64,000 nt of DNA from Takakia lepidozioides. Taxonomy: Eukaryota > Plantae > Bryophyta. The position numbers and the translations under genes are program-made. The notes under the pieces are model-generated. The model made no database searches and was not told where the DNA came from. It worked only from the letters and a program-made list of their open reading frames with translations. The stretch covers positions 42,470,001 through 42,534,000 of the forward strand of contig CM060733.1 in the NCBI GenBank assembly GCA_030704615.1, in the 5' to 3' direction. Shown piece by piece: positions 48,631-60,812 of the stretch (positions within the stretch are counted from its first letter, which is position 1; each line of letters opens with the position of its first letter).

Positions 48631-49384
48631 CAGGCAAAGAGTTGCAAGCGAAGAAAGAAGCTCCAGAAGAAAGGACGGGCTAATCCAGCGACTTAAAAAG
48701 CGCTATCCATGTTCAACCTGTACACCGCCCACCAAACCCTAGATCACCGAATGAGTGATGGTTTAATTTCGACACACCAACCACTTCGTCCGTCCAGGCA
48801 CATGATCAAGAGAAACAACAGACGCACAAAAAAGAATAGTATCCACGCAGCTGATGATCAACCGCGGCGGAAGCTTTATTACCTCGAACAACCCCGCCGA
48901 GAACCCGCACGCACACCAAAGCCAAAACGCTTGCACACGCAGGCTGAATCCGAAACAAGAACGCTCAAAGACGAGCCCGCGCACAGCAGAGAGGCCCACA
49001 GACGCAGGCAAGCAGAAATGCAAACGCCCGCCCGCAGACAGAAAACGAAGCCAAACCCTCGCGGCAAACTCCTCTAACCTCGTCCTGTTGATGACGACCA
49101 CCACGATATCACCTCAGTAGGGTACTAGGCCCAATCCCTACGCACCTAAGGCAAAATTATTTTATTTTACTCTTAACTGTAGCGACGACCGAAGGTCGGA
49201 AGCTAGTTTAGCGAGAGCAGGAATAGGGTGCACCTCGTCATCGTCGCCACGATTCGTCGTCGTCAATTTTCGTCGGACCTGCCCGGCCTGCCCAAAAACC
49301 CAGAACCTTTCTTGACCCGAAGCTTTCTTGAATGGCCTGAAGGAACGCTGCGCATTGTGAACCAAGGAGGCGATTCAACGCACC

Positions 49385-49715
49385 AAGGGCTCAGCCCAAA
49401 CAAGAGGGTATTTTTCTGCGTTCTTCGTGCGTGTGAGAGCCTCCAAGCTCTTGAAAAGGGCACAAAGGTACATGCTAACATCATCAAAGCTAGAATTGGG
49501 TCAGATATCATTCTCGAGACAGCCCGTATGCTAAATGTAGAAGCGCGCAAAGTGTTTGACAATGTAACTCAACAAGATGTGGTCTCTTGGAACGCCATGA
49601 TCACGGGATATGCTCAGCATGGGTATGGTAGGGAGGCTTTGGAGATCTATGAGCAAATGATACTGGAAGGGGTGATACCTGACAAGGTCACGTTTACTCT
49701 GCTAATGAAGGCACG
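49385..49715 (+). pseudogene. PLS-class pentatricopeptide repeat fragment
   Basis: PNKRVFFCVLRAC..EARKVFDNVTQQDVVSWNAMITGYAQHGYGREALEIYEQMILEGVIPDKVTF. Internal deletion; truncated at both ends. Confidence 0.88.
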
Positions 49716-49774
49716 TTCTTCAACACATTTCACCCTGTTTGGAGTGAGTTTGACATGATACTGCCAATGTGACA

Positions 49775-51142
49775 ATAGGGAAGTGCATGACACAATGTGG
49801 TTTCGGACATTCGGTGAACAGACGTTGGACACCGACTCCAGCAATGCCTCCATTTCCTTGTCATCGAGAGGAACTCTGTCGGAGCCGTCTTTCTGGCCAA
49901 CGCCATCTTATGGGCGGCTTGGAGCTGTATCTGTTTGGGTTTGGCACCTGGTCTCAACTTAACCTCATCCTGAACGAGCTGCTCTGCCTCGTGGGCAGCC
50001 TCCCTCGAGTTCCCCCTCGCCAATTTGTGACAATGGGAACCAACGTGTATGCAAGCTCGGGTGAGGTCAGGGAAACGGTGCAACACATAGAACTGCTTGG
50101 CATTACAAACAGACATGCAGTGTGGTGGTTCTTTGCAATGCGCACACTTAAATGTGGAGTTCGGAACCTTTTCCTGAGCTCGAAATGATTGATGAGCTGT
50201 GCCTGTCCAATCGGTCTCATTCCTGTGACCTCTGGATTTAAAGTGGAAGCAAGTTGGGGAGAAACACCGCAACGCGCCCGCACAAACAACGTAGCGCACC
50301 CGCACACCATCGAGCATCTTCATGCTGGTGGTTTTGGTGACGCACCAAGGATGACCGTCATGTTTTTTATCCATATCTGTCAACATTCCGGACGCCCTCG
50401 AGTAGTCCGCCCGAGGAGGGAACTCAAAGAAGATATTACCGTCCACATCTGCGTGAAGGCATGTAACGGATTTAATTGCAAACTTGCTGTAGTCCAGCCC
50501 GGCCAGCTCCGAGCGGTGTCCCTCCATGTGAAGCCCTCGTAGAATTTCAAGAATGGATCGAACTGCGGTGCTCGTGCTGGGAATATGACTCCCTCGTCCA
50601 CTGACGTCCATTGAGGACTTGCCTGATCTCCAGGACGATCTCGGAACTTCCATGACCTTGTCTGAGTCGGACAGGTTGTGAACAACTCGGTTCTCGCTCG
50701 TCTTCATCGATGGGTTCGGCTCTGGATTTACTTCGTTGCGGACTTCTCTCTTTGAGGTACCCACTCTCTGATTTGCCAATTGTTTCGTGGAAGGCGCCAG
50801 GATAGAAGGTGCATTTGGCGGGCAAATGAAGTCCCCAACAGCCATGTATATGACGTTGTCCAATGGTGGAACTCGCCATTCCCTGCCATCGCCGAAGTCA
50901 TCGTGGAGCACAACAATACTCTCGACAACAACGCCGTTTGAGTCCTTCCTTTCCTCCTCCAAAAAAACCGACCCCGGTTTCAGGTGGTATCGAACGCACA
51001 GATACTTCTCCATCACACGGCAGATGTCCCCTCTGCACGGAAATGAAGCTCTATGCACGTGAGGAGGGCAGTACACTGTAGCGCTCGGGTTTTCCGCCAT
51101 GGGAGATGTGCACACAAGACTGCCAGGATGGCGTGCGGGCAA
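49775..51142 (-). mobile_element. MULE-like transposase N-terminal part (GCM-like Zn domain), 3'-truncated
   Basis: 470-aa ORF with FEFPP..MDKKHDGHPW..CAGALRC..C..CAHC..C..HVGSHCH. Frameshifts into LLESVSNVCSPNVRNHIVSC, as in the 39-40 kb paralog that continues into the FDHxKR catalytic region. Confidence 0.7.
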
Positions 51143-51336
51143 GCTCCCTGGTAGAAGGGGGATGCAGTGAAGGGAAGGAATGCGGTGCCGATTTGTCCGA
51201 GCGACGAAGCCTGATCCAAATCCAGGGAGCCAACTATCTCAAAAATCCACAGTCAGAGTGTTAATGAACCTTGTCTCCGGAATGCGGCCCCTGGTCTTTG
51301 TGCAATAACTGCCAACGGTATGCAGTCAGAAAGTGG

Positions 51337-52205
51337 GGGGCCGTCCGGATAAAGTCGGCTGAAGGGGAGAAGCCAGCACCGGGCCGTCACATTACTACCC
51401 CCGGATGGAAATTGGGCACCAAATATCCAACAGGGGCCGCCCGGATGAAGTCGCCTTGGGCGGAGAGGCCGGCACCTGTCCGACAGAGAGCATCCCCCGG
51501 ATGGAAATTCGGCGCCGAATTTCCATCCAAGCCCCCCCCTAGGAAGTCCTGTCGGGGGGTCAGGCCGAAAACTTGCCGACATAAAAACCTCCCCGGATGG
51601 AAAAACGGCGCTGAATTTCCATCCGGGGCCGTTTGGATGCAGTCGGCCCGGGAGGAGAGGCCGGCACCTGGCCGTCACATTACAACCCCCGGACGGAAAT
51701 TCGGCACCGAATATCCAACAGGGGACGCCCGGATGAAGTCGCCTCGGGCGGAGAGGCCGGCACCTGTTCGACAAAGAGCATCCCCCGGATGGAAATTCGG
51801 CGCCGAATTTCCATCTGGGCCCCCCCCAACGAAGTCCTGTCGGGGGGTCAGGCCGAAAACTGGCCGACAAAAAAACCTCCCGGGATGGAAAAACGGCGCC
51901 GAATTTCCATCCGGGGCCGTTCGGATGCAGTCGGCCCGGGGGGAGAGGCCGGCACCTGGCCGTCACATTACAACCCCCGGACGGAAATTCGGCACCGAAT
52001 ATCCAACAGGGACGCCCGGATGAAATCGCCTCGGGCGGAGAGGCTGGCACCTGTCCGACAGAGAGCATCCCCCAGATGGAAATTCGGCGCCGAATTTCCA
52101 TCCGGGCCCCCCCAAAGGAAGTCATGTCGGGGGGTCTGGCCGAAAACAGGCCGACATAAAAACCTCCCAGGATGGAAAAACGGCGCCGAATTTTCGTCCG
52201 GGGCG
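51337..52205. repeat. Tandem array A: 3 x 288 bp (each of three ~96-bp subunits) with palindromic cores
   Basis: ggggccgt recurs at 51337, 51625 and 51913. Perfect 30-bp palindrome GGATGGAAATTCGGCGCCGAATTTCCATCC at 51499-51528. Confidence 0.95.
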
Positions 52206-52289
52206 TTCGGATTTCCCTCTAGCAGTTGAGAATTCCCTGAAAAACGCAAGGTTTAGTGTCTTTTTTGACCAAAAACCAAGCGGCCACGC

Positions 52290-53245
52290 TCAGAATTACC
52301 TGCAGGATGGTAATTCGGCGCCGAATTTCCATTCGGCATCGATCCGAGTTACCTGCTGGATGGAAATTCGACGCCGGATTTCCATCCATCCGGGCTCCGA
52401 ATTACCTGCAGGATGGAAATTCGGCCCCGGATTTCCATCCATCCGCTCTCCGAATTACCTTCATGACGGAAATTCGGCGCTTCCAGTTACCTGCAGGATG
52501 GAAATCCGGCGCCGGATTTCCATCCATCCGCGCTCCGAATTACCTGCATGACGGAAATTCTGTGCGCCGACCTACCTGGAGGAGGGAAATCCGGCGCCGG
52601 ATGTCCCTCCATCCGTGCTCCGAATTACCTGCATGACGGAAATTCTGCGCGCCGACCTACCTGGAGGAGGGAAATCCGGCGCCGGATGTCCCTCCATCCG
52701 CGCTCCGAATTACCTGCATGACGGAAATTCTGCGCGCCGACCTACCTGGAGGAGGGAAATCCGGCGCCGGATTTCCCTCCATCCGCGCCCCGAATTACCT
52801 GCATGACGGAAATTCTGCGCGCCGACCTACCTGGAGGAGGGAAATCCGGCCCGGATTTCCCTCCATCCGCGCTCCGAATTACCTGCATGACGGATATTTT
52901 GCGCGCCGACCTACCTGGAGGAGGGAAATCCGGCGCCGGATTTCCCTCCATCCGCGCTCCGAATTACCTGCATGACGGATATTTTGTGCGCCGACCTACC
53001 TGGAGGAGGGAAATCCGGCGGCGGATTTCCATCCATCCGTGCTCCGAATTACCCGCTTGACAGAAATTTTGCGCGCCGACCTACCGGGCGGATGGAAATC
53101 CGGCGCCGGATTTCGATCCATCCGCTCTTCGAATTACCTGCATTACGGAAATTTTGCGCGCCGACTTAGCTTGCGGATGGAAATTCGGCGCCGGATTTCC
53201 ATCCATCCGCGCTCCGAATTACCTCTACGATGGAAATTCGGGGCC
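52290..53245. repeat. Tandem array B: ~85-bp unit with palindromic core
   Basis: gctccgaattacctgcatgacgg recurs every 85 bp (about 52532, 52617, 52702). Perfect palindrome GGAGGGAAATCCGGCGCCGGATTTCCCTCC at 52751-52780. Confidence 0.95.
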
Positions 53246-55659
53246 TCGTTGCGTCATATTTCATCCAACATTTAATTGAGTAGTTGGGCATTAAATGTCC
53301 ACCGCCGTCGGTTTTGATTCGGGCTGGCGACACAGGGATTCCACGCTTGCTTCCTTGAATCGTCTTGGAAATGTGATTCTAAACTTGGATGAACTTCTAT
53401 TCGAGGCATGTACCCAAAAAAACGCCGATCTTTTTTCTTTTGTTGGGACTTATGCCGCCTGAAGGGGGTGGCTCTCCTGAGAGAGACCCCACATCCTGAC
53501 CGCGGCGGAAGTTGAAAGCTTTGTACTACGGATGATGGCCAATCTCTCGCATGGCCAAACTTAAGCTCCAGCAGGAGATTCCAGTGTTTTGCTCACAACC
53601 CGCGCCAACTGAAGCCGAGTACTTTAAGGCAAGCCACTTCCGCTTTCGCTTTGTTCTCTTTCGCTTTGTTGTTTCGCTTTGTTTTCGCATCTTTATCCTG
53701 GCATCGCTGGAAGCGTATGGTTTCAGCGCAAATGCAGGAGCTGTTGAGAAGAATGATGAAGGTCAGAGTGGTTAAAAATTAAGGAAATCCATGCTGAGCT
53801 GAGAAGATTGTCTGAGCAGATGAAGTGCCTTCTTAACATTTCACCCTGTTTTCCCGTCTTATGGAATTCGTGATCATTTTGTTCATCGTGTTTCATGTTA
53901 CTGGTTGAGTGAACCTTAAATAGTTTGCAATGCGTGTGCAAAGCCGGCAGCTCTGGAGAAGGCTGCTTGTGCATGTCATTCTTAGGCATTGGTTGGATCT
54001 GTTTTCATTGTTGTTCCACGATTGTTGCGATGGTGGTTGCGCTGCTCGTTGCGATGGTGGTTTTTATTCCGATGTTGGTTCTCACGATTTTTGGGAATGA
54101 CAGTGTGACGACGAGCCCGGCACGCTGGTGGTATCATCGACAGCTGCAACTCATCGCATGTTTGAATCGCCCAACTTGGGGCGAGAGGGTAAACTTAAAC
54201 CTTTTGTTGGTGGACGGGAGGACCTGCAGCGAGAGTACGACAGAATAGGCATTGGGGAGGTTGGTGCAGGTGGCATGGCAGGTGAAGGGTGTGAGGACGT
54301 GAGGACAGCAGATCCGGCAATGGAGGTTGTTGATGCACATGCAGTAGGGCCCGCCCACGCAAAGAAGAAGAAGAAAGCCAAGCACATGCAATCCCCGGCG
54401 AGAGAGCCGTCACGGGTTGCGGAGGGGGGAGTGAGCAGTGCGCGCGAGGGTGTCAGTTCGCCTCAATCAAAGGTGGTCGTCTCCCCTGCTGCTAGCCCTA
54501 TTAAGAAACAGAAAGCCCGTGAGAGGGCAACAGGCGAGACAGAAGGCTAGCCAGGAGGAAAGAGAAAAGGCCACTGAAGAGGCCAGGGGTGCCGAAATGA
54601 CAGATGCCCATGTAAGCGAGGGACGCACAGAGACGGTGGATCCCTCCAAGACACCACAAAGAGGCAGTAACACACCGGTTAGACCATCGCGGGCAAGAGC
54701 AGCCCCTGCAATTACCCATACGGTGGAGAGTGGAGGAGAGGAAAGAACACCAGAAAGAGCACGGATTGTGCAAGTTCGAGGTGAAGTCGGGGAGAGGGCA
54801 GTAAAGATGGGGAGAGTGCTCGAGGTGGTTTCGCCGGTGGCTGACCATGTTGACGAGGACGACAGGGAGCTTTTTGACCAGGATGACATCCTCTCGGACA
54901 TCCCCAGGCCCCAAACCCGCAGCATACAGGCTGGATTTGGCGGTCCTGGTGGGTTGCTGGAGAACCCCTTTGCAGCAGACGTCATGTCGGAGGCGGATAT
55001 GAAGTTGGCCGCTGCCAAGATGTTGGAGGCAACCCACAACAACATTGGCAGGGTGCTGGGGGGCACGGTGTACCCGGCCAAGCTTCGAATTCCCCTTTGC
55101 CACTTGGTGTCATTGCAGGTGGTGAGACCTGCCCTCCCAGGCGATATCGAGAAGCTGAAATTCTCTTTTCGGGATGGATATCGAATGGGGTCTACCGCGT
55201 TTTACGTTTCCATTGAGAACGACCACGGAGCTTCCCGTGCCCACACTTCTGATGAGGTGGACAAATGGGGTCCCCATTGGCAAAGGCGAAATGAGGAGTT
55301 CGAGAGATCGATTGCTACTGATCCTCTTTTCCAGCACTTGTCCGGTAAGATGTTTTACGTGTGGGACGGCAATCATCGCCTCCTGGCATGGATGGAGCAC
55401 ATAGCCGAAGCCCACCCCAACAACCTCGATTGGCATTTCGCCGTGGAGTGTGTTGTGCTGAAGGTTGTGGGGCCCAAAGATCGCAGTCTTCTCAAAGCTG
55501 CAATGGCAGACATCAACTCGTAAGTTACAGCGCCTCTTGCTTTTGGACCCATCCGATTATAAGTCATTTCATTGCGAATCCTCATATTCGTTGAAAATTC
55601 CCATTTCAGTATTGTTTGATGGAAATGTGGCATTGCAGGGTGACTGAGAATGCCTTCAT

Positions 55660-56309
55660 TGTCGCGCACCTCACTTCGGTAAGCTCCCCCTCAAGTCATA
55701 GTTACTCGCTTTGATGCGCGCGCCTAACTCCCAACCTGGCCGTCGGGCCAACTTGGAGCTTCGGCTGCTCACCGGGGCATAACGGTCCGCCTTTGTTCTC
55801 CCAAAGAACCCTCCACCGATTTGGAACCAGCGGGAATTCCCTTTGGTAGTTGGCAGTCCAGCACTCTTTGGTCGCTTTCCGGCTCGCTCGCTTACTCACT
55901 AGTTTTTCGGGGTTCCACAACTAGCCATGCCATTTTATGGCGAACCACCACGAAAACCCTCGACTCCCGGTGATGAGTCGCTGTGAGTCTTGGCCCACTC
56001 ACCGCGGCCCCATTGGACCGTGATGAGTCCCAAGACTCCCCACGACTCCCACCTCGAGGTCTCCACCTCATGGTGAGTCCTATGTCACCCCCACTAAGTC
56101 CCGCTAAGCTACCACCACCCATTGTGGAGTCACCCCCATCGCAACCCGGTGTGCGGGGCTCCACCTAGTGAGCGCCTCTGCTTCCTTGAGTGCTTTGGGC
56201 ACTCAAGGGTGCTTCAGCCCCCCCATACCTATTGCTGCCGCTGCCCCCACCACAGGGGCAGCCCCTCATGTGTCCCGACCCCCTGCCCTCAAGGCAAAGG
56301 GCCGCGACA
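55660..56309 (-). mobile_element. Solo LTR with 5-bp TSD inserted in the ParB-MTase gene
   Basis: TTCAT|TGTCGCG...CGCGACA|TTCAT. Removing it restores the reading ENAFIATNLSHMLFR. Same family as 20183-20909. Confidence 0.95.
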
Positions 56310-57471
56310 TTCATTGCCACCAACTTGTCCCATATGCTCTTCCGAGTGAAGGATGTCGGGAAGCAGGGGGTGCAAGAGTTTGCCAATTTGCTCAGTGCCG
56401 ACCTCCTACGCAAGTTGGAGGCAAAGGCAGACAGAACTGGTATAGGCTGAGCGTGGACGCCATGGTGGACTACATATTTCGGGTAAAGCTCCTGACAGAT
56501 TTGTTGAGCTAATCTGTGTCTCCTCCCCCAATAGAAGAAAAAGTGTTGAGCAGGATCTCTAATCTTATGTGCGCATTCTTGACAGACAAAAATTCAGCAG
56601 GATTTGGCATATGCGCGGAGGTTCTACATGGAGTCAGAGGAGAAGAATCTAACCCTCCCGGCACTCGAATCGTATCTCAAAGCTGCGGAGGCCAGGGCCC
56701 GCATAAAGTACAAGTCGCGGATGGTAAAGTACGTGGCCATAGCTGATCCCGCCCTTGGTGCCGACTTTCTGGTGGAGGTGGGGAAGCACTACTCCCATGC
56801 TCTGAAGCCCACGATGACATTGGAGAAGCTCCATCATCTAGCCACATCCTGTGTGGATGCAATAGAAAAGGTGATACATTCTTAACCAAATTGTGGTGGC
56901 AACAACTCGTTTTTGTGGTGTTTGGCGCTTACGAATATGCTGGGTGGTTGGACAGACCCGGTGGCTCCAAATCTGGAATGGTTCCCAAAGTACAAGGGAC
57001 ATGTGGAGCTTCCCCAAACCGGACAAACTGTCTGACCCCACATTTGACATGTGGATGAACCGCATGACATGGTGGTTTCAGGTACTTCCCCACGCTTCGT
57101 TTGGCGCTTCTACTCTTGTAGGGGGTGGATTCATTGTATTTTTTCAGGAAACCGATCTGATGGAGAATCTCCACAGGTGACGACGAATGCGCAAGAGCAG
57201 CTGGACACACAAGCACATCAGTTCAAGATGGAGATTTCTCCTGCAGCAGAGAGTCTACGCGACTATGTGACGAGGTACTTTCTGCTCTACAAAACCGACC
57301 TATTCTTTCGGGAGATACCCCATGCCCGCCGAAGCCACGAGTTCACCGACCAGCCGAACGTGGACAAAGCAGCAATGCGCCTTCTGTACAGGTACATAGG
57401 CGATGCCTTCATTTCAAGTCCTTGCATTTCAGGATGTTAGAGGCCTCATGTGGCGCATGAAAACTGGTCTT

Positions 57472-58215
57472 TGGAAAAATGGTGCCAAATTTCCAGTTCA
57501 GGGCTCCGAAAATGGCTAAGTCCCTAGGGTGGCTGGCACCGAAAACCGAAATTCGGCGCCATTTTTCCAGTTCTAGGCCCTGGCAGTTTTGGGACTTAGC
57601 CATTTTCGGGCCGGACCTGGGAAAATGGCGCCGAATTTCCAGTTCAGGGCTCCGAAAATGGCTAAGTCCCTAGGGTGGCTGGCACCGAAAACTGAAATTC
57701 GGCGCCATTTTTCCAGTTCTAGGCCCTGGCAGTTTTGGGACTTAGCCATTTTCGGGCCAAACCTGGAAAAATGGCGCCGAATTTCCAGTTCAGGGCTCCG
57801 AAAATGGCTAAGTCCCTAGGGTGGCTGGCACCGAAAACCGAAATTCGGCGCCATTTTTCCTGTTCTAGCCATGGCAGTTTTGGGACTTAGCCATTTTCGG
57901 GCCAAACCTGGAAAAATGGCGCCGAATTTCCAGTTCATGGCTCCCAAGATGGCTAAGTCCCTAGGATGGCAGGCACAGAAAACCGAAATTCGGCGCCATT
58001 TTTCCAGTTCTAGGCCCAGGAAGTTCTGGGACTTAGCCATTTTCGGGCCGGACCTGGGAAAATGGCGCCGAATTTCCATGTCAGAGCTCCCAAAATGGCT
58101 AAGTCCCTAGGGTGGCTGGCATCGAAAACCGAAATTCGGCGCCATTTTTCCATTTCTAGGCCCAGTCAGTTCCGCCCCAACCTGGGAAAATGGTGCCGAA
58201 TTTCCAGTTCAGGGA
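57472..58215. repeat. Tandem array C: ~5 x 146 bp with internal inverted repeats, in a probable intron of the ParB-MTase gene
   Basis: ccagttcagggctcc at 57493, 57639 and 57785. Each unit has GAAAATGGCGCCGAATTTC / GAAATTCGGCGCCATTTTTC and GAAAATGGCTAAGTCCC / GGGACTTAGCCATTTTC pairs. Confidence 0.95.
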
Positions 58216-60704
58216 CCTCATTGTGTTTTTCATGAATGCAGGTACTGCAAGTTCTCCCTTTTGGAGAAAGGTCATCTGTCTTTCGAGCCACCATTCTTCC
58301 TGGCATGGAGGAACCCTGGGGCTGACTCCATGTACACTGACGATATTGTGAAGGAGTGGCATCTGGAACATTTGCGTGATTGCCCTTGGTATGTGACCTT
58401 CCCCCTAGCTTGCTCGACCTATCCGAGTTTCAATTGAAGCTGGATGCTGAGGCCCGACGAAACCGGGCTCCGCTGCCTCCGTTGGGTCCAAAAGAGGCAA
58501 AAGCGCTTGCGAACTCCAGGAAAGCGGCAGAGCTTGCTCAGGCAGGAATTCAGGAGAAATTGAATGAGAAGAATAAAGGCCAAAGGAAAAGGACAAGGAA
58601 ACAGGTGAGTACAGTAACACCCAAAAAACAGAAAACCATCGGGGCATCGGAGGAGGCGCAGGAGGGGACCCAAGGGAGTGACTCGGACGACGACTTTGTT
58701 GAAGGTCCTGCGACTGCTGCTGCTGCTACCAAGTCACCGGTCGTCCGGGTTCCCAAGTCAGTTTGGAGTGGGACTGGCTCTGCCAAGAAGTTGGCATTTG
58801 AGGGCGAGCCTACACGGCGATATTCGGCGGTGACGTTTACACACAGGCCAAAGATAGAACCTCCAACCATCATCCAATGCGTCAATGAGAGCTTCCTTGA
58901 CGCTCTCGCTGCCAAGGCGAAGAAGGTGGCACACATCAATTCTTTGGCGGAGCAGAAGGGGAAAGCCAAGAGAGGGCTGCCGGTCCAGAGCCTAAAGACA
59001 CCCCTGGTTTTGAAGCCATGATGGAATTCTTCACGGCTGTGAGCACAGATTGCAAGAGCACTCGGGGGGGGGGGGGGGGTGGTTGAGGTGGAGAGAGCTT
59101 GCGATATGTTTCTCCTCGACATTCCAGATGAGGAGCTGCTGGAGGGCCTGGATGGTGTGCCCACCTGGAACAGGTTTACTGAGGACTACTGGAAAGCCGG
59201 GTTTGGGCTGGCGGGGATGTTGCTGGATGACGGTGGATGTGTGGTTGTCCTTGCCACAAGAGGGAAGACCACAGAGAATGCGGTGGCAAGATGGACACCG
59301 AAAAGTGTCACCCCGGTCCTCCTCAGAAAATGGTTCTGCATCAATACATAGGGGTTGCGAACAGAGGGCCAAAGTGTAAGTTATCAATCTATTGCATTCA
59401 CCTCATATTGTGGTGTATCTAAACTAGATCCCGGAGTTGATCCCTCTTTTGTTGGATGTGCAGACATTGGTGTTTGAGGCATATTGCTTTGTGAAGAGAG
59501 GGTCTACGTTCAAATTCCGCAACGACGGTCGTCTTGTTGATGCCGCTGTGGACCCTGTTATCTATGATGTCCTCTACAACTATGTGCCCCACTCCAGTAT
59601 GCCGAAGGACACAAAGACAGGCAAACCGTGGCGGTACAACCGGACCCGGAGCCCTGCTTTCATCCAAACCCTCATGGAGACGTGCTCGGATGTCCAAGGG
59701 CGGATTCTGCGGCATGGGTAAGCCTTCACGTGCTCAGTTTGTCCCCTGCCCCGATTGCAATTGCATGCCGCAAGCTATTAACCGCCCGCTTTGTTCCTCA
59801 AGTGCTTCAATGTGGGCAGGGACGTTGTCCGACAGGCATGTGTTCGCCTTCGAGCCAGATACTGCCCTCCACAACTCGGAACTTGCAGCGGCTGAACGTC
59901 TGCCAAAAGAGGAAGATACATCCTCGGAGGATGAGGAAAAATCCAAGAAGGAACAGGGGGAGGAACAAGTTGGGATCGAGGCCGAGGAGCCCCCGGTTTA
60001 CGAGTGAGTGGTCGCATTGTAAGTTGCCTCCAGATTTCGTGAGGCACCTCCCTTCGCTCTCTTATTTCATTGAAAACCCTTTCTGCTTCTGCTAGTATTG
60101 ACATTCTTGAAGTGGATTTGTTCTTACTGTAGGATGCCAAGTACTGCAAGAAGGACGTCTACACCGGAGTTCATGGGCAGGAGGAACGTGCCTTTTTTTG
60201 CAAGGGGGGATTTCATGCCTAGTCCAGAAAGGGACTATATCCTTCCTACTTATGCTGCCCGGCTTGCTTCGGTGTCCATTAGGAGGTGTTCCAAACCTAG
60301 TCGTGTACAGCAGATTTTAGACGAGGCAAGCCTCAAGAAAATGAAGATGAGGAGGAGGCAGCAGCTATTGGAGCCCGTCGGGCTCGTAGATTTGTCTTGG
60401 ATGCTGCTGAGGAAAGTGGGGGAGAAGAGGCAGAAGATTCCCAGGAGGTGAGGTGGACAGTCTCCCAAGGAGATGACGGAATTTTTGAGAGGCATAGTGC
60501 AACCGATGCATCACAGAGCTCGGAGGATGGGGGGGATGGGGGGGATGAGGGGGATGAGGAAGAAGGAGGGCCAAGTTCCTCGGAAGGTGTAGGAGAGTAG
60601 TTCCCATTCCTGCTATGACGGTTATGACACATTTGTATAGACTTGGCTTGCCACCAAATTTGCAATAAAATGTTGCATTTCATTGCTATGACGAGTCCAC
60701 ATGA

Positions 60705-60812
60705 CCCTATTTCCGTGCCTCCTAACCCTATTTCCGTGGACACAATTCGGCCCGCTCATGTTTTTTTTTTTTTCCGCTCATGCTCATGCCGCTCATGAAA
60801 TAGCAGCCCCCC
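60705..60812. mobile_element. Putative transposon terminus with subterminal repeats
   Basis: cctatttccgtg x2 and gctcatg x4, ending tagcagcccccc. The same boundary occurs at 18168 with a different flank. Confidence 0.7.

Larger units (their letters stand above)
54105..60600 (+). pseudogene. Spliced ParB/Srx-domain + beta-class amino (N6A/N4C) DNA methyltransferase-like gene, disrupted (may begin near 53450)
   Basis: ParB/Srx-like FYVWDGNHRLLAW near 55355-55390. MTase motif-IV-like DMFLLDIPD (~59105), LLDDGGCVVVL, PWR..RSPAFIQTLMETCS..GRIL(DLTCSTG)|ASMWAG..RHVFAFEPD. GT-AG introns and an acidic tail. Frameshifts, a stop and a solo-LTR insertion. Confidence 0.72.

Noticed and set aside
49180-49206. 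Helitron 3' end (CGACC-GAA-GGTCG hairpin then CTAG-T)
   Set aside because: The hairpin is short and unusually close to CTAG. No 5' end or second copy was seen.
51253-53275. Long repetitive ORFs (290, 250, 198 aa etc.) over arrays A and B
   Set aside because: By-products of GC-rich tandem repeats (288 is a multiple of 3). Open on both strands with no domain signal.
51337-58215. CRISPR-like appearance of palindromic repeats
   Set aside because: Spacers are repeated rather than unique, there are no cas genes, and the context is eukaryotic.
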